Origin: an uncultured Chlamydiae bacterium
GTDB lineage: Bacteria; Chlamydiota; Chlamydiia; Chlamydiales; Parachlamydiaceae
Assembly: GCA_963754655.1 (NCBI GenBank)
Contig: CAVWGN010000001.1
Span: 1,024,001-1,088,000, forward strand
Length of the DNA: 64,000 bases
Reading direction: 5' to 3'
The translations under genes were made by a program, and so were the position numbers. How positions within the stretch are numbered: position 1 is the first letter of the stretch; every line of letters begins with the position of its first letter. The notes under the pieces were generated by a model. It worked only from the letters and a program-made list of their open reading frames with translations. It searched no databases and had not been told where the DNA came from. Positions 10,132 to 21,602 of this stretch are shown piece by piece.

Positions 10132-10463
10132 ACACTTTGTTCGATAGCCGCAAATAATCCAAGTTTCTCTCAGCGTTTTCTGCGGCTCTGCATTAAACCC
10201 GCCTTATATGTTCTATTTTATAGTTTTTGCCTATAGGGCAATTTTTAAGATTCTTATGGGCTGAGTGAAGAGAGATGAGCTAAAGCTAACGACGTCTTCA
10301 GTCTCCCTTCATTACAGATAGATAGCCAGGTGACTAACCATTAGAAAGCAATTTTTAAATAAATGATCGAGATGAGCAGAGGAGTTAGCCTTGTACAATT
10401 TCTTCCCAGTCCTTAGCTCCACAAAAGTACTCCTACAAGAATTATAAATATTATCTTGACTAG

Positions 10464-10890
10464 TACTCAACCACACTAGTTTTGTGTATTTAGACTGCTT
10501 CAAAGCGCTGGGATTGGGATGAGATGATTCTCTTGTAGTTCTTCAGACTACATGACGAGGGCTAATCTAACCCAGGGCGATGCCCTGGGCTATTTTATTT
10601 GAGCCTTTCAGGCTCGGAACATTGGACATCTTTTTATTAACTGTCTCTAAAATGATTGTGGAGTATGTACCATTTAATAGGCATGGGCCCTACAATCGTT
10701 ATAGAAGGAGGCCTTCTAAAAATTGTCCAATGTTCAGAGCCTGAAAGGCTTCAAATAAAATAGCCCAGGGCATCGCCCTGGGTTAGATTGTCCATCGTCA
10801 TGTAGTCTGAAGGACTACAAGAGAATCATCTCATCCCAATTCCGGGGTTTTGAAGCAGTCCCAATAGGCTAAAGCTAATGTAATGAAGTA
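10464..10890. mobile_element. Palindromic REP/MITE inserted in an ISAs1 remnant
   Basis: Perfect CTAG duplication (10460-63 and 10891-94). The empty site GACTAGGGAA is seen at ~13535 and ~16100. Confidence 0.85.
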
Positions 10891-11241
10891 CTAGGGAGTA
10901 TATTGAAAATTGCACGACAGTTTTACGAGGGTCTTCCACTTCCATGAGGATTTGATAGAATCATCCCCTTAGGGTGTTGAAATTCTTTAAACTTAATGTG
11001 AAGAGGAACTTTGCCTTTTGGTTGAGTCATATAAAAACTCCTTGGATATTAAATAATTAAGTTTTAATAATTCAATAATTTTTTATAAAACTAATAGATT
11101 TTAAATAAGTTGATTTAATGGTTAGTCATCTTCAACGTATTATTAGTTTGTTGATTTATAGTATTTAATATTATATGATAAAAAATCATATTAATTTCAT
11201 CTGTTTAATATAAAAATTAAAAATTTAATTAAGGAATAATT

Positions 11242-13176
11242 ATGCAAATTAACAAATTTTCAGAGACAGTGCAAAACAATTCAAACGAAAACTTGCTGGA
11301 CAACTTACTTCCTAATGAAGTAGTAGGAGTGATTTTTGATCAAGTTATCAATCAAAGCCAATCTTTAAGAAGTATTTCTTCTATTTTACTGACTTGTAAA
11401 AAATGGAAAAGTATTCTTGAGGGGAATTTTTGTATTTCATTGGCGCAGGCATTTTTTCAAATTAACAAGAAGCCTATCTTCAAGATTACGTTTCCCCAAT
11501 GTATCATAACTGATCAAAAGAAGCAGCTTACATCTGCGGAACTTAACTTGATTAATCGAGCCTTCAGTAAACAGCGTATCAGTTTTGAAAGGCTTTTAAA
11601 GTGGGATACAAATTTATTTCAGCCGAAGTGTTTATCTCTTTCTCTTTTGAATTTCTATTTATGGAATCCTGAAGCTTGTAAAGAAAGCGCTAATGAAAAT
11701 ATCCGACAGATAGCTAAAGAGCAATCACAGATTTTAGACTCTCTGACATCAGGCACTGATGATCAAAGACTGAATGCGATCAAAGACTTTATTGGAAAAC
11801 TTTACAAGGGTGTTCGAAGTTTAACATGGCAGCAGAAAAAAATATCTGTTGTCTCTACACTAAAAAATCTTCCCAATTTTAACGATAAAAACATTCTCAT
11901 GCAAGTGATTCACTATTTTGGAAGTGCTGTTTTTGATATACATGAAAGCCTTAAAAAAGATCGAGAAATTGTCTTAGCGGTTATTCAGCAAGATGGCGGG
12001 GCTCTTTACGATGCAGATGAAAGCTTTAAAAAAGATCGAGAAGTTGTCTTGGCTGCCGTTAAGCAATATGGTAAAGCTCTTCATTTTGCAGATAAAAGTC
12101 TTAAAAAAGATCGAGACATTGTGTTGGTTGCCTTTCAGCAATATGGCAGAGCTCTTAAATATGCAGATGAAAGCCTTAAAAAAGATCGTGAGATTGTGTT
12201 GGCGGCCCTTCAGCAAGATGGCAAAGCTCTTAAATATGCAGATGAAAGTCTTAAAAAAGATCGAGACATTGTCTTGGCTGCCGTTAAGCAAAATGGCCGG
12301 GCTCTTCAATATGCAGATGAAAGTCTTAAAAAAGATCGAGAGATTATCTGGGCTACTGTCCAGCAAGATGGCTGGGCTCTTCAATATGTAGATGAAAGCC
12401 TTAAAAAAGATCGAGACATTGTCTTGGTGGCCGTTAATAAAAACGGCTATGCTCTTGAATATGCAGATGAAAGCTTTAAAAAAGATCGAGACATTGTCTT
12501 GGCTGCCGTTAAGCAAGATGGCTATGCTCTTAAATTTGCAGATGAAAGCCTTAAAAAAGATCGAGAGTTTGTTTTGTCTGCTGTTAAGCAAAATGGCACT
12601 GCTCTTCAATATGCAGATGAAAGCCTTAAACAAGATCGCGAAATTGTTTTGGCTGCCGTTAAGCAAAATGGCTATGCTCTTCAATTTGTAGATAAAAGCC
12701 TTAAAAAAGATCGAGAGATTGCCTCAGCTAGTTTACAACAAAATGGCTCATTTTTTGAATTGGCAGACGAAAGTTTTAGAAAAGATCGAGAGTTTGTTTT
12801 GGTTATCATTCAGCAAGATGGCACAACTCTTGAATATGCAGATGAAAGCCTTAAAAAAGATCAAGAGGTTGTCTTGGTTGCCGTTAAGCAAAGTGGCTAT
12901 GCTCTTCGATATGCAGATGAAAGCCTTAAAAAAGATCAAGAGGTTGTCTTGGTTGCCGTTAAGCAAAGTGGCATGGCTCTTCAATTTGCAGATGAAAGTC
13001 TAAAAAAAGATCGAGAAATTGTTTTGGCTGCCGTTAAGCAAGAGGGTATGGCTCTTCAGTTTGCAGATGAAAGCCTTAGAAAAGATCAAGAGATTGTTTT
13101 GGCTGCCTTTCAGCAAGATCCAAAAGCTCTTAAATATGCAGATGAAAGTTTAAAAAAGATCGACAGATTGTCTTGA
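11242..13176 (+). CDS. F-box-like + DUF4116 repeat protein (array 1, copy 2; 16 repeats)
   Basis: Same architecture as copy 1, 644 aa. Confidence 0.85.
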   Translation: MQINKFSETVQNNSNENLLDNLLPNEVVGVIFDQVINQSQSLRSISSILLTCKKWKSILEGNFCISLAQAFFQINKKPIFKITFPQCIITDQKKQLTSAELNLINRAFSKQRISFERLLKWDTNLFQPKCLSLSLLNFYLWNPEACKESANENIRQIAKEQSQILDSLTSGTDDQRLNAIKDFIGKLYKGVRSLTWQQKKISVVSTLKNLPNFNDKNILMQVIHYFGSAVFDIHESLKKDREIVLAVIQQDGGALYDADESFKKDREVVLAAVKQYGKALHFADKSLKKDRDIVLVAFQQYGRALKYADESLKKDREIVLAALQQDGKALKYADESLKKDRDIVLAAVKQNGRALQYADESLKKDREIIWATVQQDGWALQYVDESLKKDRDIVLVAVNKNGYALEYADESFKKDRDIVLAAVKQDGYALKFADESLKKDREFVLSAVKQNGTALQYADESLKQDREIVLAAVKQNGYALQFVDKSLKKDREIASASLQQNGSFFELADESFRKDREFVLVIIQQDGTTLEYADESLKKDQEVVLVAVKQSGYALRYADESLKKDQEVVLVAVKQSGMALQFADESLKKDREIVLAAVKQEGMALQFADESLRKDQEIVLAAFQQDPKALKYADESLKKIDRLS

Positions 13177-13319
13177 TTATAAGGCCCAGCTATCTTGCTG
13201 GGCCTACACTTTGTTCGATAGCCGCAAGTAATCCAAGTTTGTCTCGGCGTTTGCTCAGCGTTTCTCGGCTTTGCGTTAAACCCTCCTTATGTTCAGTCCT
13301 ATTAGTTTTTGCCTATTAG

Positions 13320-13678
13320 GGCGATTTTAAAATTCCTATGGGTTAAGTGAAGAGAGATGAGCTAAAGCTAACGCCGCTTCAATCGCCCTTCATTAAAGAT
13401 AGATAGCCAGGTGACTCACCATTAAAAGCAATTTTTAAATAAATGATCGCGATAGAAGAGGAGGCGCCTGTACAATTTCTTCCCAGTTCTTAGCTCCACA
13501 AAGCACTCCTACAAGAGTTATAAATATTATCTTGACTAGGGAATGTTGAAAATTGCAAGACGCGGTTTACGAGGGTCTTCCACTTCCATGAGGATTGAAT
13601 AATAGAATCATTTACCTTAGGGTGTTGAAATTCTTTAAACTTAATGTGAAGAGGAACTTTGCCTTTTGGTTGACTCAT
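13320..13678 (-). pseudogene. ISAs1-family transposase remnant
   Basis: Frameshifted homolog of 15977..16243. Confidence 0.6.
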
Positions 13679-13889
13679 ATAAGAACTCATTTGATATTAA
13701 AAACTTAAGTTTTAATAATTCAAGAATTCTTCATAAAGCTAATAAATTTTAAACAAATTGATTTAATGCTTAGTCACCTGCATTCCATTATTAGTTTGTT
13801 TATTTATAGTATTTAATATTATATCATAAAAAATGATATTAATTTTATGTGCTTAATATAAAAACTAAAATTTTAATTAAGGAATAATT

Positions 13890-15749
13890 ATGCAAATTAA
13901 CACGTTTTATTCAGAAACGTTGCAAAACAATTCAAACGAAAACTTGCTAGACAACTTACTTCCTAATGAAGTAGTAGGAGTGATTTTTGATCAAGTTATC
14001 AATCAAAGCAAATGTTTAAGAAGTATTTCTTCTATTTTACTGACTTGTAAAAAATGGAAAAGCATTCTTGAAGGGAACTTTTGTGTTTCATTGGCACAGG
14101 CATTTTTTCAACTTAACAAGAAGCCTCCCTCCAAGATTACGTTTCCCCACTGTATCATAACTGATCAAAAGAAGCTTACCTCTGCGGAACTTAACTTGAT
14201 TGATCGAGCCTTCCGTAAACAGTCTATCAAGTTTGAAAGCTTGTTAAGGCAGGATACAAATTTATTTCAGCCGAAGTGTTTATCTCTTTCTCTTTTGAAT
14301 TTCTATACATGGGATCCTGAAGCTTGTAAAGAGAGCGCCAATGAAAATATCCGACAGATAGCTAAAGAGCAATTACAGATTTTAGACTCTCTGACATCAG
14401 GCACTGATGATCAAAGACTGAACGCGATCAAAGACTTTATCGGAAAACTTTACAGTGGGGGTCGAAATTCAACATGGCCGCAGGAAAAAATATCTATTAT
14501 CTCTACACTAAAAAATCTTCCCAATTTTAACGATAAAAACATTCTCATGCAAGTGATTCGGTATTTTGGAAGTGCTGTTTTTGATATACATGAAAGCCTT
14601 AAAAAAGATCGAGAAATTGTTTTAGCGGTCATTCAGCAAGATGGCGAGACTCTTTTCTATGCGGATGAAAGTCTTAAAAAAGATCGAGAAGTTGTCTTGG
14701 CTGCCGTTAAGCAAAATGGTAACGCTCTTCATTTTGCAGATAAAAATCTTAAAAAAGATCGAGACATTGTGTTGGTTGCCATTCGGCAAGACGGCAGAGC
14801 TCTTAAATATGCAGATAAAAGTTTTAAAAAAGATCGAGAGATTGTCTGGATTGCCATTCAGCAAGATGGCACGGCTCTTAAATATGCAGATAATAGCCTT
14901 AAACAAGATCAAGAGACTGTCTTGGCTGCGGTTAAGCAAGATGGCTATGCTCTTAAATATGCAGATGAAAGCTTTAAAAAAGATCGAGAGATTGTTTTGA
15001 TTGCTGTTCAGCAAAATGGCTGGGCTCTTCAATATGCAAATGGAAGCCTTATAAGAGATCAAGAGATTGTGTTGGCTGCCGTTCAGCAAAATGGCTATAC
15101 CTTTAATTATGCATGTGTAAGCTTTAAAATAGATCGAGAGTTTGTTTTGGCTGCTGTTCAGCAAAGTGGCACTGCTCTTCTCTATACAGCTGAAAGCCTT
15201 AAACAAGATCGCGAAATTGTCTTGGCTGCTGTTAAGCAAGATGGTTACGCTCTTCAATTTGCAGATAAAAGCCTTAAAAAAGATCGAGAGATTGTCTTAG
15301 CTAGTTTACAACAAAATTACGCATTTTTTGAATTTGCAGACGAAAGCCTTAGAAAAGATCGAGAGTTTGTTTTGGCTATCATTCAGCAAGATGGCATAAC
15401 TCTTGAATATGCAGATGAAAGCCTTAAAAAAGATCGAGATATGGTCTTGGTTGCTGTTCAGCAAAATGGCTATGCTCTTCACTATGCAGATAAAAGCCTT
15501 CAAAAAGATCGAGAGGTTGTCTTGGCTGCCGTTAAGCAAAATGGCTATGCTCTTAGATTTGCAGATGAGAGCCTTCAAAAAGATCGAGAGATTGTTTTGG
15601 CTGCCGTTAAGCAAGAGGGTATGGCTCTTGAATTTGCAGATGAAAGCCTTAGAAAAGATCAAGAGATTGTTTTGGCTGCGTTTCAGCAAAATGCAAAGGC
15701 TCTTAAATATGCAGATAAAAGTCTAAAAAAGATCGACAGATTGTCTTGA
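13890..15749 (+). CDS. F-box-like + DUF4116 repeat protein (array 1, copy 3; 15 repeats)
   Basis: Same architecture, 619 aa. Confidence 0.85.
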   Translation: MQINTFYSETLQNNSNENLLDNLLPNEVVGVIFDQVINQSKCLRSISSILLTCKKWKSILEGNFCVSLAQAFFQLNKKPPSKITFPHCIITDQKKLTSAELNLIDRAFRKQSIKFESLLRQDTNLFQPKCLSLSLLNFYTWDPEACKESANENIRQIAKEQLQILDSLTSGTDDQRLNAIKDFIGKLYSGGRNSTWPQEKISIISTLKNLPNFNDKNILMQVIRYFGSAVFDIHESLKKDREIVLAVIQQDGETLFYADESLKKDREVVLAAVKQNGNALHFADKNLKKDRDIVLVAIRQDGRALKYADKSFKKDREIVWIAIQQDGTALKYADNSLKQDQETVLAAVKQDGYALKYADESFKKDREIVLIAVQQNGWALQYANGSLIRDQEIVLAAVQQNGYTFNYACVSFKIDREFVLAAVQQSGTALLYTAESLKQDREIVLAAVKQDGYALQFADKSLKKDREIVLASLQQNYAFFEFADESLRKDREFVLAIIQQDGITLEYADESLKKDRDMVLVAVQQNGYALHYADKSLQKDREVVLAAVKQNGYALRFADESLQKDREIVLAAVKQEGMALEFADESLRKDQEIVLAAFQQNAKALKYADKSLKKIDRLS

Positions 15750-15976
15750 TTATAAGGTCCAGCTATCTTGCTGGGCCTATACCTTGTTCAATAGCCGCAA
15801 GTGATCCAAGTTCTGTCGGCGTTTGCTCAGCGTTTTCTGCGGCTCTGCGTTATATGTTCTGTTTTATAGCTTTTGCCTATAAGGCAATTTTAAAATTCTT
15901 ATGGGCTGACTGAAGAGAAATAAACTAAAGCTAACGCCGCCTTCAGTCGCCTTTCATAAAGATAATAGCCAGGTGG

Positions 15977-16243
15977 TTAATTATTAAAAGCAATTTTTAA
16001 ATAAACGATCGCGATAAGAAGAGGAGTTAGCCTGTATACAATTTCTTCCCAATCCTTAGCTCCACAAAGCAATCCTACAAGAGTTATAAATATTATCTTG
16101 ACTAGGGAACGTTGAAAATTGCACGACGGTTTACGAGGGTCTTTTATTTCTATAAGGATGTGAATAATAGAATCATTCGCCTGAGGGTGGTAAAATTCTT
16201 TGAACTTAATGTGAAGAGGAACTTTGCCTTTTGGTCGACTCAT
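15977..16243 (-). pseudogene. ISAs1-family (H-repeat) transposase N-terminal remnant
   Basis: IKDPRKPSCNFQRSLVKIIFITLVGLLCGAKDWEEIV fits the DDE_Tnp_1-associated N-terminal motif. No catalytic domain follows. Confidence 0.75.
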
Positions 16244-16454
16244 ATAAAAATTCCTTGGATATTAAATAATTAAGTTTGAATAATTCAAGAATTTATTATA
16301 AAACTAATAGATTTTAAATAACTTGATTTAATGGTTAGTCATCTTCAACGTATTATTAGTTTATTGATTTATAGTATTTAATACTATATCATAAAAATTC
16401 GTGTTAATTTTACCCGTATAATATAAAAACTAAAAATTTAATTAAGGAATAATT

Positions 16455-18165
16455 ATGCAAATTAACAAATTTTCAGAGACAGTGCAAAACACTTCAAACG
16501 AAAACTTGCTGGACAACTTAATTCCTAATGAAGTAGTAGGAGTGATTTTTGATCAAGTTATCAATCAAAGCCAATCTTTAAGAAGTATTTCTTCTATTTT
16601 ACTGACTTGTAAAAAATGGAAAAGTATTCTTGAGGGGAACTTTTGTATTTCATTGGCGCAGGCATTTTCTCAACTTAAAAAGAAGCCTCCCTTCAAGATT
16701 ACGTTTCCCCAATGTATCATAACTGATCAAAAGAAGCAGCTTACATCTGCGGAACTTAATTTGATTGATCGAGCCTTCCGTAAACAGCTTATCAGGTTTG
16801 AAAGCTTGTTAAGGTAGGATATAAATTTATTTCATCCGAAGGTGTTTATCTCTTTCTCTTTTGAATTTCTATTTATGGGATCCTGAAGTTTGCAAAGAAA
16901 GCGCCAATGAAAATATCCGACAGATAGCTAAAGAGCAATTACAGATTTTAGACTCTCTGACATCAGGCACTGATGATCAAAGACTGAGCGCGATCAAAGA
17001 CTTTATTGGAAAACTTTACAGTGGTGGTCGAAATTTAACATGGCCGCAGAAAAAAACATCTGTTATCTCTACACTAAAAAATCTTCCCAATTTTAACGAT
17101 AAAAACATTCTCATGCAAGTGATTCACTATTTTAGAAGTGCTGTTTTTGATATACATGAAAGCCTTAAAAAAGATCGAGAAATTGTTTTAGCGGTCATTC
17201 AGCAAGATGGCGAGACTCTTTTCTATGCGGATGAAAGCCTTAAAAAAGATCGAGAAGTTGTCTTGGCTGCCGTTAAGCAAAATGGTAACGCTCTTCATTT
17301 TGCAGATAAAGATCTTAAGAAAGATCGAGACATTGTGTTGGTTGCCGTTCAGCAAGACGGCAGAGCTCTTAAATATGCAGATGAAAGTTTTAAAAAAGAT
17401 CGAGAGATTGTCTGGATTGCCCTTCAGCAAGATGGCACGGCTCTTAAATATGCAGATGATAGCCTTAAACAAGATCGAGAGACTGTCTTGGCTGCGGTTA
17501 AGCAAGATGGCTATGCTCTTAAATATGCAGATGAAAGCTTTAAAAAAGATCGAGAGATTGTTTTGATTACTGTTCAGCAAAATGGCGGCGCTCTTGACTA
17601 TGCAAATGAAAGCCTTAAAAAAGATCGAGAGATTGTCTTGGCTGCCGTTCAGCAAAAGGGCTATGCTCTTCTCTATGCAGATGAAAGCCTTACAACAGAT
17701 CGAGAGTTTTTTTTGGCTGCTGTTCAGCAAAATGGCACTGCTCTTAAATATGCAGATGAAAGCCTTAAACAAGATCGCGAAATTGTTTTGGCTGCTGTTA
17801 AGAAAAATGGCTATGCTCTTGAATATGCAGATGAAAGCCTTAAAAAAAATCGAGATATGGTCTTGTTTGCTGTTCAGCAAAATGGCTATGCTCTTCACTA
17901 TGCAGATAAAAGCCTTCAAAAAGATCGAAAGGTTGTCTTGGCTGCCGTTAAGCAAAATGGCTATGCTCTTAGATTTGCAGATGAGAGCCTTCAAAAAGAT
18001 CGAGAGATTGTTTTGGCTGCCGTTAAGCAAGAGGGCATGGCTCTTGAATTTGCAGATGAAAGCCTTAGAAAAGATCAAGAGATTGTTTTGGCTGCCTTTC
18101 AGCAAGATCCAAAAGCTCTTAAATATGCAGATGAAAGTTTAAAAAAGATTGACAGATTGTCCTGA
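16455..18165 (+). pseudogene. F-box-like + DUF4116 repeat pseudogene (array 1, copy 4; 13 repeats)
   Basis: Premature TAG at 16815-16817 (TGG in copy 5) and a +1 insertion near 16841. Confidence 0.85.
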
Positions 18166-18937
18166 TTATAAGGCCCAGCTATCTTGCTGGCCTACACTTT
18201 GTGCGATAGATGCAAGTTATTCAAAAGTTCTCTCGGCGTTTGCTCAGCGCTCTCTGCAGCTCTGCGTTAAACCCGCCTTATGTTCTGTCTTATTAGTTTT
18301 TGCCTATTAAGTCACCTTACGCAAGCGAGGTTAAAGAATCAGTAATATCCTTTAAATAACCAATAGCTTGATTTTTTTAATAGCCTGAAAGGCTTCAAAG
18401 AAAATAGCCCAGGGCATGTCTGAAAAACATTACCAAAAAGTGATATAAATGATAATACACGCAATTATAACCACTCCTCTATATATTTTTTCTAACTCAT
18501 AACGGGTGTTTTACTAAAATATTTGACATTTGCAGCCCTTCAGGCTGCATGACACAACTCACTCATACCCAGGGCTAGGGTATTCATTTTGTGCAAAAAA
18601 TGAGCTTTATTTTTCACAATAATTGGCATAGTTAAATTGAAGGTCGTATGTTTATGCCGTCCTTTCAGGACTCGATGTCTTTTTGATAGAACCCAGGCCT
18701 CCGCTTCGCTGCGACCTGGGCTGTAACATGACGGCCCTTCAGGCCTTAACAAGAGATGTTTAAGTCCCTCTTCTATAGTCCCTAAATCATCTTTTGTTAA
18801 GGCCTGAAGGGCCGTCAATGTTGTCCGATCAAGCACATAGGTAACACATTATCCAAGGACATAGGTAACTCTATCTAAGCACATGGGTAACGGTTTTAAT
18901 TAAAATAAAACACTTATATAATAAGGCAATGTCCTTT

Positions 18938-19385
18938 TTAGGCCCATCTATAAAGACAACTTTTTTGGTACAGCCTTTCAAGAGCCAGCTTAAACTCACT
19001 TATTACTATAGTTAAAGGGAGGTCATCTCCTGTTACACTGTCCTTAACATATTTTTCGTAAATTTTCAAATCACTCCACTTTTTTGTCATAGCAATTCTA
19101 ATGCATATTCTCGATTGAATTGACATGTATCGTTAACAACTGTACTTCCATTTTGAAGGAGATTACGAATAAATCCCCCAGTATTCAGGATTTTCTGCCC
19201 TGAAGTCATTCTTACATTTGCAAACTCAACAACTTCTTTTAGCCTTTTTGAAGGGTATGTTTTTACCCAATAGCAAAGAGTTCCATCATCTGTATTTATT
19301 TCTTGCTCTTTCAACCATACGTATATCCTAATTTGCTCATCTGTAAGTTTAAACTTTTTGGTAGAAAATTTGTGTTTTCCTTCAT
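18938..19385 (-). pseudogene. Frameshifted passenger gene fragment inside IS481
   Basis: One frame reads KFKLTDEQIRIYVWLKEQ...NTGGFIRNLLQNG...REYALE, then a frameshift leads to AMTKKWSDLKIYEKY...*. Confidence 0.45.
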
Positions 19386-20536
19386 AATCTCTTAAACCCT
19401 CTGGCCATGTTAATTTTTCCTAGGAGAATTGGGCCGAAATAAATCCCCATTATCCCTACTTCAATTTCTCTGAGTCCTACATATTCCCCTCGTAGCATTT
19501 CACTAATGAAGAAATAGGTGCCCTTCCAAGAAATCAATCCTCCTGCGCAAACTTTTCTGACTTCATAGTAACTGGGGTATTCAATGGGTTTGAATTTACC
19601 ATCCCAAATAGGTCGAGAAGGTTTATACACGGAAGCTGGTGTTTGCTGGCCTAATGCTTCGTGGTAACGTCTGTTATTGTAATATTTTTTGAATTGAAGA
19701 AATTTTTCCTGTTGAAGAGATAACGTCAAGGCTGGGGGATTTGCTGTCTCATTTTTTAGAGTTAAATGAAACCTCTCATGCCTACCGTTTTGTTCAGGAC
19801 ATCCAGGATCGATCCATTCTGGAGTAACGCCAATTTTGATTAATTTAATTGCAATGCTAGATAATCGACCTACAGCCAAAGAAGCAAAAGGGGGACCATT
19901 ATCACTTCGCAATTTCTTTGGTAATCCGTACACATAAAAAAGTTGTTCTAATTCCTTCCAAACATCACATCCCCGTTTCCTTGGCATATGTTGACAATGA
20001 AGAAGATAGCGAGAAAAGCCATCTGTAACTGTTAAAGGTTCGCATATTTGATTATCACCTGTTCGAAACCACCCTTTAAAATCATACATCCAGGTATCAT
20101 TTGAAGCGTTGCAATCGCCCAATGGAGCTGTTTGAGTAACATGTCTCCTGTGGATTCGTTGATTGGACAAATTATTTCTCTTTAAAATATTACCGATACT
20201 GGCTTCAGAAGGCACTAATAATTCACGATAGTGATTTACAAGCTCGGCTCGTATTTTTTTAGGGCCCCAGTTAGGAAATTGCTTGCGAATACTGACAGTT
20301 GCTAATTCAACTTCTTTTGAAATTTGATTAGGGTGGGAAAAGGGAGCCCGAGAAAGGTCTTCAAGGCCCTTTTCTCCGTTTTTTTTAAATCTATTTAACC
20401 ATTTATATCCTGTTTTAGTACTAATATTGTAACTTTCACATAAATCTGCAAAAGCTACATGGCGGCGATCAGTGCGTAAAGCTTGATCTATGAATTTTTT
20501 ACGTTCCTCTGTAGTCGACATAATCCTCCAAGGCAT
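19382..20536 (-). CDS. IS481-family transposase (HTH + rve integrase core)
   Basis: ISTKTGYKWLNRF, WGPKKI, WMYDFKG, RSDNGPPF, PEQNGRHERFHLTLK. Confidence 0.92.
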   Translation of the reverse strand: MPWRIMSTTEERKKFIDQALRTDRRHVAFADLCESYNISTKTGYKWLNRFKKNGEKGLEDLSRAPFSHPNQISKEVELATVSIRKQFPNWGPKKIRAELVNHYRELLVPSEASIGNILKRNNLSNQRIHRRHVTQTAPLGDCNASNDTWMYDFKGWFRTGDNQICEPLTVTDGFSRYLLHCQHMPRKRGCDVWKELEQLFYVYGLPKKLRSDNGPPFASLAVGRLSSIAIKLIKIGVTPEWIDPGCPEQNGRHERFHLTLKNETANPPALTLSLQQEKFLQFKKYYNNRRYHEALGQQTPASVYKPSRPIWDGKFKPIEYPSYYEVRKVCAGGLISWKGTYFFISEMLRGEYVGLREIEVGIMGIYFGPILLGKINMARGFKRL

Positions 20537-21602
20537 GGGTTTACCTCCAGTTGTTAATCAACCGGAGTGTTACCCATGTCCTTGGATAATGTCACCTATG
20601 TCCTTAGATAAAGTGTTACCCATGTCCCTAGATCGGACCATGTTACAGCCCAGGTCGCAGCGAAGCGGAGGCCTGGGTTCTATCAAAAAGACATCGAGTC
20701 CTGAAAGGACGGCATAAACATACGACCTTCAATTTAACTATGCCAATTATTGTGAAAAATAAAGCTCATTTTTTGCACAAAATGAATACCCTAGCCCTGG
20801 GTATGAGTGAGTTGTGTCATGCAGCCTGAAGGGCTGCCAGAGTGTCAAATTTTTAGTAAAATACTAGTCATGAAACACGTCCTATGGGCCCTACAACTAT
20901 TATTTATATCATAAATAATCTTTTTCAAACACGCCCCAGGGCGATGCCCTGGGCTATTTTCTTTGAAGCCTTTCAGGCTCTGAACATGGGACATCTTTTT
21001 GTTAACCGTCTCTAAAATGATTGTGGAGTACGTACCATTTAATAGGCATGGGCCCTACAATCGTTATAGAAGGAGGTCTTCTAAAAATTGTCCAAGTTCA
21101 GAGCCTGAAAGGCTTCAAAGAAAATAGCCCAGGGCATCACCCTGGGTTAGATTAGCCCTCTTCATGTAGTCTGAAGGACTACAAGAGAATCCTCTTATCC
21201 CAACCCCGGGCTTTGAAGCAGTTCCAATAGGCTAAAACTAATGTAATGGAGTATTAAGGAGTATATTGAAAATTGCACGACGGGTTACGAGGGTCTTCCA
21301 CTTCCTGAGGGTTTGATAGAATCATCGCCTTAGGGTGTTGAAATTCTTTGAACTTAATATGAAGAGGAACTTTGCCTTTGGTTGACTCATATAAAAACTC
21401 CTTGGATATTAAATACTTAAGTTTTAATAATTCAAAAATTTTTTATAAAACTAATAGATTTTAAACAACTTGATTTAATGGTTAGTCATTATTCAATGTA
21501 TTATTAGTTTGTTGATTTATAGTATTTAATATTATATCATAAAAAATCATATTAATTTTATCTGTTTAATATAAAAATTAAAAATTTAATTAAGGAATAA
21601 TT

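Larger units (their letters stand above)
18819..20640 (-). mobile_element. IS481-family insertion sequence
   Basis: Ends TGTTGTCCGATC / GATCGGACCA, each with three ~22-bp subterminal repeats (CATAGGTAAC / GTTACCCATG). It splits the REP core at GTCA^TGTT. Confidence 0.85.
18310..21253. mobile_element. Nested composite: REP palindrome > MITE 18413..20935 > REP core > IS481
   Basis: MITE termini GGCATGTCTGAAAAA / TTTTTCAAACACGCC with a CCAG duplication. Mirrored arms at ~18510-18750 and ~20641-20860. The right end matches that of element 10464..10890. Confidence 0.75.
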
